A DNA stretch of 64,000 bases from Octopus vulgaris (lineage: Eukaryota), in the NCBI GenBank assembly GCA_951406725.2, contig OX597816.1:85250001-85314000 (forward strand). The letters run 5' to 3'. Every line of letters starts with the position of its first letter. Within the stretch, counting starts at the first letter, position 1. Of this stretch, positions 13,371-26,964 are shown piece by piece. The position numbers were made by a program, and so were the translations under genes. Under the pieces are notes generated by a model. That model made no database searches. It was not told the origin of the DNA and saw only the letters and a program-made list of their open reading frames with translations.

Positions 13371-14039
13371 TGGCCTGCTCGCTTAGCCAGCGGGGTGGCG
13401 TCATTTGATGGCTAAAACAATGCGAAGCGCATTGTGACCAGCGATGTGTAGTAACACCTAATAGCCTGGTTAGTCACAGTGATATATACATATATATGGT
13501 GGCTCTTTAATTGCATAAACAGCTAAAATGTAACTGATTTGTCTGATCCGCACTATAGGAATAGTTAGCTCGATATTTCTATGCTGACTAGGTTAAATAA
13601 ATTTGCAGTTTTAGTAATGAAGGTATGCCATAAGTTTATATCTTTTCTTTTGATAATACCAAAACATGTTAAATCGGTAAGATATAAGTAAATAACGATA
13701 CAGTAGGTTGATATATATATAGAAACAGGACTGAGAAATCACAACTAAATATACAAATGAAGTATTTGTAGGACACGTAGGACAAAAATAAATTGAGGAA
13801 ATGCTATTTCGTTTTTCATTGCCAGTTTGTGATACTTTGCGCCTTTTTTAAAGTGGACAACGACAAAGCTAAACGAGTGTTATGTTTTTGATCCACAACA
13901 AATCGTATTTCATGATGCACATTTAAAGATTGGAAGCATTTAGCTCATGTAAAATAAAAATCTGAATCCCCAGCTAAGATGTCACGAAGACCACGATTTT
14001 AAATTCTGAACAAGGCATATGATAACGTTATTAAATCAT

Positions 14040-14800
14040 ATTTCTTTCCTTGATTAAGATATTACCGACAAATTCTTCTCTGAAATATGTTGAGCAGAAC
14101 TCCAATTCCATTGAAACGTCTCTGAATATTAACACACGTCTCAGTTTCGGACAGATCTATCCGCCATTAATTATCCGTTAATTTAAATTGAAAGGACAGA
14201 AATTCTACTTTAATATTTTTCATATTTATTAGTGTGGCAATATGATACACCGTAGATTAAGGTGACTGAGTATAATCAATATGTCAGGCAACAAAGATTA
14301 TGCATCGTATCCACAACATTGTTCGTATAGAAAGGTATCATCTTTAACACAGTTTATTCTTCTTCAGTAAGTGTTAAGAAGTCCTGTTGAAATGTCTGAA
14401 TCACAACTATTTCTCCCAAACGTATATCGTGTTTTGTGTAGCGCTCAGTTATTGTTCACTTATTTCCTCAACATGTTACATTATTAGTTACGTTAACACC
14501 ATCGAATGTTAATGCTCTAAGCACTTTGTTGACTTAAAAACTTTTAACTCTTTGTTATAGGTATAACATGACTTTGGTGCAATTTACTGATAGTTGGAAG
14601 TCAACAGATAAGTATCTTCAACTAGTAGGCACAATTTATCGACTACTTACCTTATAGTAAGGAGAACAATTATTCCAAAGACTACAGATAATATTTTATG
14701 TTTAAAATGTAATTGACTTGATACATACAGATAATTTACAAAACGTAGTTTCCAAAATTTTCCTGCAAGTCAAATGCATGCTGGAAGTTTTGTAAACCTG
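14040..14800 (-). pseudogene. Possible decayed METTL24/Methyltransf_22-like type II membrane protein relic
   Basis: TM-like ILSVVFGIIVLLTI ending at AAG|GTAAGT (~14651); downstream KYEKY*SRISVL...NGG*IC...TCV..FNGIG resembling YxxYLxxIxVLC..DGGWxIC..CxVYSFGI. Weak. Confidence 0.25.
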
Positions 14801-15314
14801 CATAGAGATAACACAGTAAAGCATAATAATCTCCGGCATATTCAGGAAATTAGGGCAAACATTAAATATATGAAGCATAGAAGGCATTTATAGCTACAAA
14901 ATAAATTACATACACTTGATATATATATTTAATAAATGTGAAAGTAATTAATAGTACATTTTGTACTACGCAGGCATAAAACATGTTTCTATGTGCATGG
15001 TGATTGTGTGTGCTGCATGTCAGTGATAATGTTAATGGTGAGAGAAATTGCATGATTGATGTCGATATAAATAATATTGAAAGAAGATTCACATTTTGAA
15101 CATGCTTGTAATTAAATTTATGCATTACAAATGTAAATTTATGCAAATGTGATGCTGAGTGCAACCACGTTAACGCAACGCACGACATCAAATATTCTAA
15201 ATATACGAAATTCCAAGTAATTAACCAGACATTTAAATACGTTTGGACTACATAATGTTTAGAGAGTTTGTTAAAAACGCCATGAAGCGATATATGCATC
15301 TATATGTGTGTGTA

Positions 15315-15366
<52 letters not shown>

Positions 15367-16425
15367 TGTGTGGGTGTGTATGTGTGTTCAGAATAAAACT
15401 GAATCTTCTCCTGTGATGCGTTCCGGAGGAAACGACTTCGTTGCAGGAAATGCAGATTAGCCAGTAATATCTAACTCTCTCGTTCACCAAATGCCAGATA
15501 ACAGAGGAGGTTTGGTGGTTTCAAGTAGCAAACGTGTAGCAAGGCTAATGGTGGTTCCCTAGCATGACCGCAGCTTTCAGGCAAATATTATAAATATAAC
15601 CTTTGTCACCACCTTCTAATCTTAACTCCACACTTGTAATTGTTTAAACTTTTTGTCTCATTAATTATACTGTTATCTTTACATCTTTTCGTTGATTTTC
15701 TGATTTCTTGTAACCCTCGCACGTTTCCCTCATTCACATCCCACTCAATTCCACTCACTCTAAATCACTGAGCTGTACCATGCACTGCTCGACCATCTAC
15801 ACAAATCTTCTATGGACAAGTTTCCCAAACTCTTTCTCTTTTCTGAACTCCTTCCCGCAGAACTGCCTTTCCAACCGACCCCTAAACCCTCTTATTCTTA
15901 GATGGCTAAATATCATTTCTTTTCTACATGAACTGATTTTCTGAAGATCTACTGTAGTCTGCTACTTGATAAATGTTAGGTTGGATGTCTTCACACATGC
16001 ATAAATACATACATAGACATACATACATACATACATACACAGAAATATAGATAAATAGATAGATATACAACGGGTTTCTTTCAATGAGGATTTGGTAGGT
16101 CTAGTCTCATAGAAGAAGACACTTGCCTAAGTTACCACATCCATGTCTGTTCGCACTAAATACACTAGTGAGAACGTAAATTTGCGTACATCTTAACATA
16201 CGAGTGCTCACACGTACATATCCAAATACTTATACACTAGCACATAAGCACCCATATGTACGCATATGTGTGTCGGTGTTTGTATGTTTTATGAGAACGG
16301 TAAAGATACATTTTTGTTTTTACTTTCACAAACACGCACGTGGTACTAATTATTTTGATGACACTTATAGCATACTTGTTTGAAGAGGATTAATTATTAA
16401 TTCTAAGTCTAATTAAAAGATAGGT

Positions 16426-16610
16426 ATTTGTTTAAAGGAGATAAAACACGTCTTTAAATGCTACTAATAGTTTCATGTTGCGAAATGCTCGAACATAATC
16501 ATCAGGCATACAAGCGTGCTATGATTTTTTTTGTGACTGATAAATATGTTTGAGATATTTCACAACATAAGAATCTATTAGTAGCACTTAAAACGTATCT
16601 TGTTTCTTTA

Positions 16611-16617
<7 letters not shown>
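16426..16617. mobile_element. Fold-back element with ~85-bp inverted arms, each with a hammerhead motif (Penelope pLTR-derived)
   Basis: Arms ~16426-16508 and ~16533-16617 are reverse complements; abuts (TA)n at 16618-16684. Confidence 0.75.
16459..16508 (-). ncRNA. Minimal type I hammerhead ribozyme motif
   Basis: Minus strand: TGC CTGATGA TT ATGTT CGAGCATTTCG C AACAT GAAA CTATTA GTA GCA (stem I TGC/GCA, intact core, GUA cleavage triplet). Confidence 0.65.
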
Positions 16618-16687
<70 letters not shown>

Positions 16688-16906
16688 TGTATGTGTGCGT
16701 GTGTGATTACATATTTATGGAAATATATTGAAATATACTAATTAAGCAAAGAATGTGGTACTGCTCTATTTATATCATGGAGTAAATTATTTAATTTGCA
16801 AGCAAATTTTTTCTCATACTCATCTCAAATTTTAGTCGTACGAGTTGTAAGTGCGTGGAATCTGAATGTCGAAATAACACGCTTTATATATTCTGCAGTA
16901 TGCATT

Positions 16907-17140
16907 AGGCTGCGAGTTGGCACAATCTTTAGCATGTCGGAGAAAATGCTTCGCGGCTTTTCTTATGTCCGTGTTCAAATTCTGTCGATGTTGTCTCTAA
17001 TAATTTCGTGGCTCTGTCGATGTTGTCTCTAATAATTTCGTGGCTGATAAATTAAGTACCAGTTAAACATTGAGGTCCATGCAATCGGTTTTCCCCATCC
17101 CACAACGTTTCTGGCCTTGCACCAACGTTTCAAATCAATA
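16907..17140 (+). mobile_element. SINE family A, diverged, with internal 32-bp tandem duplication
   Basis: TCTGTCGATGTTGTCTCTAATAATTTCGTGGC twice at 16981-17044; GATAAATTAAGTACCAG core. Confidence 0.75.
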
Positions 17141-17714
17141 TTTTGATGTGTGTGTATACAATCATACTTTTATGTTTGTAACTGGCAATTACCACACTTC
17201 AATATTTCTTAAGTAATTGTTTCTTCTCTTTATTAAGTTACATTTTAATTGATGTCCTCTAGTCAAAACTATGACATATTATACGCCCAAATTCTTGTTT
17301 TTACTTCGTTAAATCTTTCGTCATTCGCTTCGTATTAGAATTCACTAACTTTTTTTTGAATAGAAAAATTAGTTATATAAGAGACTTCTAATTCATTCCC
17401 ACTAAAATATATTAATTTAATATTATGTATTAAATTTTATGTATAAATCTACAAACTCATACATGTACATACACTCACAACCACGCACACACTCACATAT
17501 CTATTTCAATTTTATTTCATTTTGAATGTGCAAACAATTATAACTTGCGGCTGGTAAAATAATTTGATGTGTTCATTTTTATTTATATTATCTCTTTTCA
17601 TAACAGTATCCGTATATTTCTCCGTGTTGTGATCTTCATACATTAACTCTGTCAGTCTCCTGATGCCTTTTCACTCCTTCCACGGCTGTGTGGTAAGAAA
17701 TCCGCATCCCAACC

Positions 17715-18030
17715 TGCATTGAAAAACTGTGCGGCTTTGATTCCTAGGTTATTGCAGTACCTGGTTCTGAATTTAGATAGAGTGGATAGTTCATTCGGTA
17801 CAGTAAATTGGCGGCCAGTACTGTCATTTGCAAACACTCAAAGCGAACATTAAGCACTAATCCTTCTAGTGTTTTCCATATGTATATAATTACATATCTG
17901 TCGCACCCGTACTCCAGTCTCACTCTGTAGCTCATGCGCTGCAATCTTTCAACATTTTTAGTGCAGTGGTGACTATAAATGGGAGCTAAGTAACTCCCAT
18001 ATAACTCTGAAACAAGGTGGGAAAAATAGA
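17715..18030 (-). mobile_element. CR1-group LINE 3' ORF2 remnant
   Basis: NVERLQR..YRVRL..DRYVIIYIWKTLEGLV; TGRQFTVP..SKFRTRYCNNLGIKAAQFFN. Confidence 0.65.
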
Positions 18031-18246
18031 ACTCCAATACTGGAGGAAGATTTATATGCTTTATTATAATTAGAACTGCAAAAACATCTTTAAAATATCA
18101 CAATAAACTGCTACTCAATGTTTGCATTTTAAAAGAAAGATGGGGAAAAAGAGAGACAAAAGCAAAGGGGGTAAACGATACACAGAGGGAGAGAGACTTC
18201 AGGACAATCAAGAAAGGGAACAAAAATAATAAAAGATGGAGGAAAG

Positions 18247-18287
18247 GATAGATAGATAGATACATATACCGATAGATAGATAGATAA

Positions 18288-18360
<73 letters not shown>

Positions 18361-18369
18361 CAGATAGAT
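18247..18369. repeat. (GATA)n microsatellite
   Basis: Direct sequence. Confidence 0.95.
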
Positions 18370-19039
18370 GTTTGATTAAATATACATAGAGAATAGATTG
18401 AATTATAAACAGTACCAAATTATTTTTTCATATTCTGACTTTATTTTCCTAAGTTATGAACGTTGTGCTAAACTTTAATGTTTGTTCATGCAAAATATGG
18501 AATCACACAGAATATGGAGCTTGACTATACAATTGTAAAGGAATATAAATGTTTCATAGGACTTAAAACTTTGTACACTTTTATATTTTTCAGAGAATAT
18601 CGTACCCACCCGCCTTTCCTATCCTACTTCCTAAAACTGACATTTTGTAAGGTCATCAGCCCATGTGAGAAATGTGTTTATTTACAAATATGTTGATAGA
18701 TATACAATGGGAAGAAAAAAGAAAGGAGAAGAAAATTGCTTTGTAATGAAATTTCAATGGTTTGACCGCATCAAATTGAAAAGAAGCCCCCTTCTCTCTA
18801 ACTATCTATCCTTCCATCTATCACTCTGTCTCTATCTATCCATCTACCTATCTGCATGGTTGCCTGTCTGGCTGCCTGTATATCTATTAGATCGTCAAGT
18901 ATGAAATTTGTAGAAAAAAAAAGTTTGCTAATATTTTATAACTACAAGGAATAGTTTTATTCATCAAAGTATGCAAACATATTCTCAATACACTTTTGTC
19001 ATTTCACGGTATTCTGTCCAGCCTGGGGATGCTTTATCT

Positions 19040-19860
19040 GGTGTTGTCTTGCAATAAAATAGGAATATATGTGTTGACTAATCTAGGCTGAGTTTTTTTT
19101 TTGTAAGTTTATGCATCATTTTGCCCAGTTGGCTGAAGTATACTTTGGCCGTGTTTGATGAGCCAGGTTTAATGAAATCATAATGGATCACACCTGCGCC
19201 AGAGCACCAAACACACCATCAGCTTCTTTTGATGATTTTTGCGTTTTGCACTGTGTTTTGGTGGCTCATCTTTGTCCAATCATTGTGCTGAGCGGTTATG
19301 GTTGTTGTACGTACTGGATCCATTTCTCAGCACATTACAATTCGATTAAAAAACGATTCAATTTGGTGACGAGAAAGTAGCATAATGGACGCTTCCAAAC
19401 ATTGCTGTTTATATTTTTAATTGAGTTCATGTGGAACCCATTTATCCAGCTTTTTCCCTTTACCGATATGAAGTAGGTGAATCAGTATTGTTTGCTTGCT
19501 AACACCAAACAACAACGATAATTCACGGGTACTTTGAGATGGAACTGACGCAATGGTGGCTTTCAGTTCGTCGAACTAGGTAAGTCAGTATTGTTTGCTT
19601 GCAAACAACGACGATATTTCACAGGCACTTTGAGATGGAACTGACTCGACGGTGGCTTTCAGTTTGTCATTATCCACCATTGCTCTTTTGTGAAGTCAAA
19701 GTTACCAGAACGAAATTTTACAAACCTATTTGATACTGTCGGCTGTGTAATAACAGAATGAAATGCTCCATGAATATTCCGAACTGTCTGTGATGCTGTA
19801 TTTCCAAGAAAGAACTCCTATTTCAACACTGTACGAATTTCCGACTTATCCATCTATAAA
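19040..19860 (-). mobile_element. Mariner (Hsmar1/cecropia-like) transposase remnant
   Basis: MDKSEIRTVLK*EF..., IGKGKKLDKWVPHEL, FFNRIV.C, HQKKLM.VW..AGVIHYDFIKPG; ~100-bp internal tandem duplication at 19482-19670. Confidence 0.9.
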
Positions 19861-20364
19861 TGAAAATAGCAAAAACAATCTGTAAATACTTTATAATGCG
19901 CAAAATGATTTAGAATAAAGAAATAGATTTGTCGGCTTTCAGATTGTCAAAAAATACAGATTGTCAAAATATAATAATGGGGCAAAATGAGCTGCTGTCA
20001 AAGTTTATCATATACATTACTACAAATTTCATGCTTGCCCTAATATCTGTCTGTCTATTCTTTTCTCATCCTTTCTTATTTTTTCACTTTTTCTTGATTT
20101 TCTTGAAATTTCTATTTCCACCTCTTTGCTTGTTTCTCTCTTTCCACCTTTTTAAAAAAAAATAATTCTTCTTTTCTAAACAAAGCAAAGATGCATCCGA
20201 TTCATATATATATGAACAACGAAACGTTCTGCTTTTTTTTTCTGTTTTAATTTCGATTTTGTCTTGACGAGTTCCATAAACGAATGAAAGCGCTACTAAA
20301 AAGGTATCCAAAATTCTGACTCTTTTATCTATGCTTGTCCCACTTCACTGCTTTGGGAATTGTT

Positions 20365-20530
20365 GCTTGTGAATTTATATCCACGTAACTTAACGGTGCC
20401 TGGAAAGAGACCGATAGAATATGTACAAGATATTAAAAATATAAGTACTGTGGTCGATTCATTCGACTAAATATGCTTGAAGGTGAAGCTTAGCATGACC
20501 GCTGTCTAATTCCTGAAACAAGTAAAAGAT
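20365..20530 (+). mobile_element. SINE family B 3' half, diverged
   Basis: CGTAACTTAACGG..GAGACCGATAGAAT..GGTCGATT..CTGAAACAAGTAAAAGA. Confidence 0.7.
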
Positions 20531-22122
20531 AGAATATGTAAGAGTGAGCAATAAAACCACCGGGAGTGAGGAACCCATAGACATTGTCACTGCATCGTTC
20601 TATGAGAGGGAAACTCTTGCAGAAAAACCCAGCTGTTTCACGTGATAACTGATCATCTCGCTTCAGCCTATCACCACAGAGACTCAGGGAGTGGTTCCCG
20701 TGGTTTACAGTCAATTATCACTATATTCCACTGAAGTACTGATATGTCTCTTTATGCTGACTTCTTTTGCCATTTCCTCTTTTGAAAATACTCCGGCAAT
20801 GGAAGAATGGGAACATGTGCAGATCAGTTAGAATTGCACAGAAATTTACAACATCCACTTGCACGCATGCTTCAAACCATGCACATTTTGCAGGCTATTG
20901 ATAACAAAGAAACACAAGGAGACGATAGTAATCTGTGAAGATGGAGTAATAAGCTATTAATATAAAGATTTGTGCCTTGGATCTTTGGGCAAGTGTCTTC
21001 ATTTCATGTTGTCCTAATCCACATAGATTGAAATGAATAGAAGCTTAGTGCTAGTGCTAGAGAGAGCTTTTGTTCCTTTAGCTGTATTAATCTACTACGT
21101 TCCGTTGCGACAAATCTTTCAAGGCTGGAGTGTTTTTATCACTGTTTGTCTCTATATAGGCACCAAAAGTAATTAACGAAAACAAGGTGCATACTATCTG
21201 TTCAACATTGTTTGTGCATAACTGCTAAATCATTCACATTTAAACTTTAGCTGTTTCATTTATCTCTCTCTGTCATTCCCTCAGAAAATCTTCTCTGGAT
21301 AGAGCCATTATTAATGCAAATCGCTTTACACATATATAACCATTCTAAAACATGCTTACTGATATACGCATTATACGCACCCAGAAACTGATAAAGGCGC
21401 TGCAAAATCACACACACGCACACTCTTACGAACACACATATATACTTACAAATACATGCAAACATATATACATCCAAGCATACAAGTGAGTAAGAGTGTG
21501 TGTTTATAACAGATATGCGCATACAAAACTGCTCAGCCTACGTTTATTAGGAAAACGCCACTTCTACGGACATAAATTTAACTACGGTGTGTGTATAAAA
21601 ACATGGTAATCTTGAGAGACAAAAATATTAACATTACACTCGTAAGACAATCATACGAACATGGGTTCAAGCGCATACACATAAAATAATCGTCACACAA
21701 ACACCTGGATAGAAAAACATAATAAAATAGGAAAAAGTGGTTTTCAAATTGAGATTTTTTTGTAAATAATAATCAAAACTAAAAATCATTAGAAATAATG
21801 CAGAACTTAATGATAGCAACGTTTTACATCATTTCCTTTCTTTCTCTATTGCATTTTCTGTCTTTTCTACCACTTTTCCTTGTTATTTTTGCAATATCTA
21901 TTTTTCTTCTGACGTCCGTATTTTTTAAAACACTTTTGGTTTTATTTGTCTTGTTATTTTGGTTTTTATTTGTCTTGTTATTATGCAATTAGATATAGAA
22001 CCTGTGGCAAATGAAATTTAAGTGTTTCGATAATGGTGAGAAAAATAAGAGAAAAAATGTAATAAAAATAATTGATGTTAATAATAATGATAATTATGGT
22101 ATTACGGTAATGTTGTTGTTGA

Positions 22123-22182
<60 letters not shown>

Positions 22183-22183
22183 A

Positions 22184-22222
<39 letters not shown>
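22123..22222. repeat. (TAC)n microsatellite
   Basis: Direct sequence. Confidence 0.95.
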
Positions 22223-22225
<3 letters not shown>

Positions 22226-22559
22226 GTATTTGCTAGAAGACAATGGAAGCAGAGATATTGCAAAGACAATTTTCAATATAACGACAACAGCAGCGACACA
22301 GAAACTCCACCACTGTACATTATTGTATTGAATAATGTTTTCTATACAATAGAATTCGTTGTCAGGTTACATAAAAATTTGAGTAAACTGTAAAATGAAA
22401 GAAACAAAAATTAAGGTTATGTTTCTGTATATGTATTGAAACATCCAAGAGTGGCTCGTAGAACTCCGATAGAAATATAGGCTCTCTGATCAATAGAGCA
22501 ATTCTCTCAAAATATATATCTACTTCTGTTTATAGGTGCCTACTCAGAAGAGACACTTT

Positions 22560-23190
22560 CACACGAACCTTCCTTCCTAATCACATCCTACTTTCAGGAA
22601 TTCTGCTGTAAGGTAGCAATTCTTTCTCTCCTCGCACCGAACCTTTCAAGTGAAACTTGAAAACATTGATGAGGTGATGGCCGAAGAGGAAAACGTATGA
22701 CTCTAACACTTTCAGTCTATTACACAGGCGTTTTTCACTTAGACAACGGAGCAGACAAAAGGTACTGACAGTCATTTTCATCTAACAGGTGGGGAAGACG
22801 GCCTTAAAAATCAACACAGCTGATATCCAGATGCACCCTACAGGTAGCTGCAGCTGTTCGGCGCAACTCCATAAATCAGCAACGCTCGGGCACGGAAACA
22901 GTGCGTGCAGTTTCCTGCGTGCATAGATCTCGGACAAATCAGACCAACAACGTTTCCATGCCTGTAGAGTTTAGCTGACATCATTGATACTTCCAGGTCA
23001 AAACTTTCTAGATATTCTCTATTGGCCCTAGTTCGAAAAACTTCTGGAACAGACCAGCCAGTTGATTTTCGTCGACGTCTAGAGTAACTCAAGAACTTCA
23101 TCATTCTTGCCTGACACTGAATCTCAAAATAACTTTTATGTGGAACTTCCATCGACCTTAATGGTCGAATGGCAGAGAATTGCGAGCACC
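22560..23190 (-). mobile_element. L1/Tx1-clade LINE 3' remnant (zf-RVT region)
   Basis: KLYRHG..CPR.....TH (C-terminal Zn finger relic), then GHHLINVFKFHLKGSVRGEKELL. Confidence 0.6.
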
Positions 23191-23569
23191 TAAAAAAAAA
23201 ACCCTCTAGGTGTTAGATTATAAACAGACTGACTTTTCTTGGTTCATTTTTATGATGTCACAACTTTGTATACCCTCGTATTCATTCTTTTTCATACACT
23301 TTGACAGTGATATCACCACGTTTCTATATCCTGTCATGCATGAAATGTCCCACAAAGGCTCTAATTTCCGTAATAATGATCCCAAGGATTTCTACATACA
23401 GAAGAGACGAATGTGGATAATCGCGACAGACTGAAGGCATTATACAGAATGGTCTAAGTGGGCCATTCACACAAACCGATTTATAATGTGACATGAAAAC
23501 AGAATGTACATTGTACATTGTGATATTAAACTACAGAAGTAGATTTCAACAGAGCTCATTCTACGTTCT

Positions 23570-23755
23570 TAATCCTCTCCCTCTTTATCTTCCTTTACCC
23601 TTCTCTATCCTCCTTCTCCCTCTCTCCCCTTTCCCGTCTTATCTCCTCCTTCCCCTCTCCTTATCTCCTTCTTCCCTACCCCTATATCTCCTTGCCCTTC
23701 TCCGTCCTCTCCCCCTCTCCTCTCTTTTAATCTCTCCTCTCGTTCTTCTCCCTGT
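23570..23755. repeat. Polypyrimidine (CT-rich) low-complexity tract
   Basis: Almost pure C/T; explains ORF 23493..23819. Confidence 0.85.
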
Positions 23756-23859
23756 GTTAACTGGCAGCTGGAAAGCTAAAAACCCTCCTCCATTTATGTG
23801 GTCATATTGTTTTTTTTAAAATTAATGCAAGACATTTTGACCCCAAAAATAATTCAAAT

Positions 23860-24245
23860 TGTACCCAAATGGACCAAAATAATCAGACACAACTATTCTA
23901 AGAATATAATGGACGTTTTCCGAAGAAAATGATATAACAAAAACTAGCAAAATTCAACAACTAACGAGAGCCAAGCTTATATTTTGCTCATAGATATATC
24001 AATTACAGCAAGCAGTAAAACTTCTGCAAAATCACTTGAAATGTTAAGTAAATACAAGAATCTCGAAATCGAGATCTCAAAAATTTGGTATCTATGAACA
24101 ATGACTGTACATGTGATCCTCGGAGCTCTGGGGATATTAAATAGTGGTTCTCTTAAACAATATGGCCAAATACCCGGAAAGTAAAAAAAAAAGTAAGAAC
24201 TACGACAAATAATTGTGATGGCTACTGCCCACATCCTATGAAAAA
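23860..24245 (+). mobile_element. Old Dong/R4-clade LINE 3' fragment (RLE)
   Basis: IDISIT...KSLEMLSKYKNLEIEISKIW.L.T.TVHVILGALG. Confidence 0.7.
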
Positions 24246-24486
24246 TAATAATTTACCTGGAAAATACACGATTCTCTTAATACTCTTGCAATTTTGCAAT
24301 AATTCTAATTGAAATATTACACCATTGAACAGTGTCTTAGCTTTGATATTCCGGTCCACTTTCCCATTAAATATCATTGCTAATCATAAATATAAGTCAC
24401 CTTGCTGTTATTAAGTCCGATTTCCTGCTATTCAAGGCATCTGGGTGATACTTGGAACAGCTCGTATGAAAAAAAGCCACAGTGAC

Positions 24487-24855
24487 ATGCAGTACCAGGC
24501 AATGGCTCTCATGGCTTCTGATCTTAACTGATTGGAAGTGTTATCATGTACATTGTTTTGTCTTGGTATAAAAGATGGGCTGCAGCAAATATTCTGCTCA
24601 ATACCACAGATTTGCTTTTCAGGTGTTTGGCCTTAACCAGTTAAGCATGCCCCTTGGTGGCTAACGATATGTGTATCTCTGATCACGAGCAGAAGTAGTG
24701 GGAGAGCACCATTGCCATGTGTTGAGAGGAGTTCTTTGGAGTTTGGATAATTCACTCCTGGAAACATGAGTGTTTCAGTGAACATCCTTCGACAAAACGC
24801 ATTCAAGGACCATTTGAGTGGAATGAGCCGCTCGCGACCTGTAGAAAATTGTAAT
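24487..24855 (+). mobile_element. Non-coding (TAA)n-associated repeat family D, 5' part
   Basis: Homologous to 46372-46742; followed by (TAA)n. Confidence 0.8.
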
Positions 24856-24856
24856 G

Positions 24857-24918
<62 letters not shown>

Positions 24919-25795
24919 CCTTTCCCTTATAAGCACAAGGCCTGAAACTTGAAACACATTACTTATGTTCCAAGGATAGTCATACACTATAACTTTTTGC
25001 CTAGAGCCCTAGCGTAAATGAGAGAAAAAAATGGAAGAAAATAGTATTTTGTATGTAGGGTCCCAAAGATTGTATATTGGTATTAGAGAATATGTTTTTG
25101 AGTTATTATTTATTTATATGTTGTAATTGTGTATTATTACTTGGTTAGAAAATATAGAAGTTAAAGGATATTGTCTATTTTTTGGACTGTCCACCTGTCA
25201 ATATTTATTATATGTTGTAATTGTGTATAATTACTTGCTTAGAGAATATTATAAAAGTGAAAGGATTTTGTCAATTTATTTATTTCGTCTGTTCATCTGC
25301 CACTTTGTTTAAATTGAATAGGAACACTGTACGTGATGAATATCCAATACCAAACAATATTAATCTCCATTTTTGAACGTACCATTCATACTTCTGAGCG
25401 ACAAAATAACTCCCTTTTCTGTTAGACAAAATGAACTCGCAAAGGGGAAATTTCAACATCTTCCTTTAATATCCTTACACCATTTATGTGGCTGTTTCTG
25501 ACAAAAAATGTCACTTTCATGTAAAACAAATATATTTTGTCATTATCTACAGCAGTGGTACTTTGCATCGCTTGCAAATTTATGTTCTACGATTATTAAA
25601 GTACAACTGCCTCCACAACCATCAGCTTTAATTTGGTTTTCTGTTCCTGGGTTAATCAGAAACATAAATTGCCGTGCTACTCATAAATTTTCTCGTTAGT
25701 TCAATCATTTGGTAAACGAAATACCACTAAAGCAATTTAAACCGTCCAGGGGACGGGTACGTTTCCTAGCAATAATAATAATTATAATTATAATC

Positions 25796-26005
25796 CTTCC
25801 TTCTATAGGTACAAGGCCTGCAATTACTTGCGTGGGGTCTAGTCTATTACATCGACGCCAGCGTTTCACTGTTACCGAATTTATCGACTCCGAGGATGAA
25901 AGGCAAAGTTGACTTCGGCGGAATTTAAACTCAGAACATAGCGGCAGACGAAATACCGCTAAGCATTTCATCCAGCGTGCTAACGATTCTGCCAGCTCAC
26001 CGCCT
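25796..26005 (-). mobile_element. SINE family A, full length
   Basis: Reverse complement of GGCGGTGAGCTGGCAGAATCGTTAGCACG...CAACTTTGCCTTTCATCC. Confidence 0.9.
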
Positions 26006-26008
26006 TTA

Positions 26009-26009
<1 letters not shown>

Positions 26010-26054
<45 letters not shown>

Positions 26055-26278
26055 GAAGAAGAAGAACAACAACAACAACAAGAACAAGAAGAAGAAAAAC
26101 AAGAACATGAACAAAAACAAGAAGATGAAGAAGAGGAAGAAGGAGAAGGACAAGAACAAGAACAAGAAGATGAAGAAGAGGAAGAAGGAGAAGGACAAGA
26201 AGAAGAAGAAGAAGAAGAAGAAGAAGAAGAAGAAGAAGAAGAAGAAGAAGAAGAAGAAGAAGAAAGAGAAGAGGAAAA
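26010..26278. repeat. Compound (TAA)n/(CAA)n/(GAA)n trinucleotide array
   Basis: Direct sequence; source of the poly-K/F/S ORFs. Confidence 0.95.
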
Positions 26279-26282
26279 CAAA

Positions 26283-26496
26283 CCGGGATGTGTTACTCGA
26301 CATGAAGAAAAATGTATTTGGGCCCCATCAGCAAGGTCATGAACTATTTACCTTGATATGTGATCCCCATGTCGCGCACGATTGTGATTCATGTGCCTCG
26401 TGTACTCTTATCGAGCGGTTAGTCATGATGGATATACTGGGATTCGTATATTTTACCCAAGTGTCACTTCGATAGCATGCAATGCTCTATCACTCA

Positions 26497-26498
<2 letters not shown>
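26283..26498 (+). mobile_element. Repeat family D, 3' part
   Basis: First ~35 bp overlap the ends of the 24487 and 46372 copies; ends in (TAA)n. Confidence 0.65.
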
Positions 26499-26569
<71 letters not shown>

Positions 26570-26599
26570 CAATAGCAATAACAACAGCATTTCAGCAAA

Positions 26600-26960
26600 G
26601 GAGGTAAAATCTTTTCGAAATAGTCATGTGTTGCTATGGACAAGATAATATTTCGAATATTATACGAATGCTACGTGGTATGAAGAAGTGTATAAGAAAA
26701 TCATGCTACTACATGTCTGAGCCCAGTTTTTAATGCCATGTATGCCATAAGGTCTTCAAATCTAATGAAAGCCTCAAATATAGTTTAAGATCCACAAAGA
26801 TCAAAACTTCACTGCAGTTCTTGGTGGTCCAAATTGGATATGCAATGTATGTGGGTGTCTTTTTAAAACATTGTCTGATTTAAAATAATCGACATCAGAA
26901 GCATTGGCGGATCTAAAGTGTCGGTACAGGAGGTGGTCAGACTCTGCATAAGGAGAATAT
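26600..26960 (+). mobile_element. RTE-type LINE 3' remnant with C2H2 finger relics
   Basis: F*CHVCHKVFKSNESLK and WICNVCGCLFKTLSDLK, paralleling the RTE end at 40560-40750. Confidence 0.45.
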
Positions 26961-26964
26961 ATAT

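Noticed and set aside
15409-15448. Hairpin TCCTG..GAAACGACTTCGTTGCAGGA resembling a hammerhead
   Set aside because: The CUGANGA core and stem II cannot be formed without several edits.
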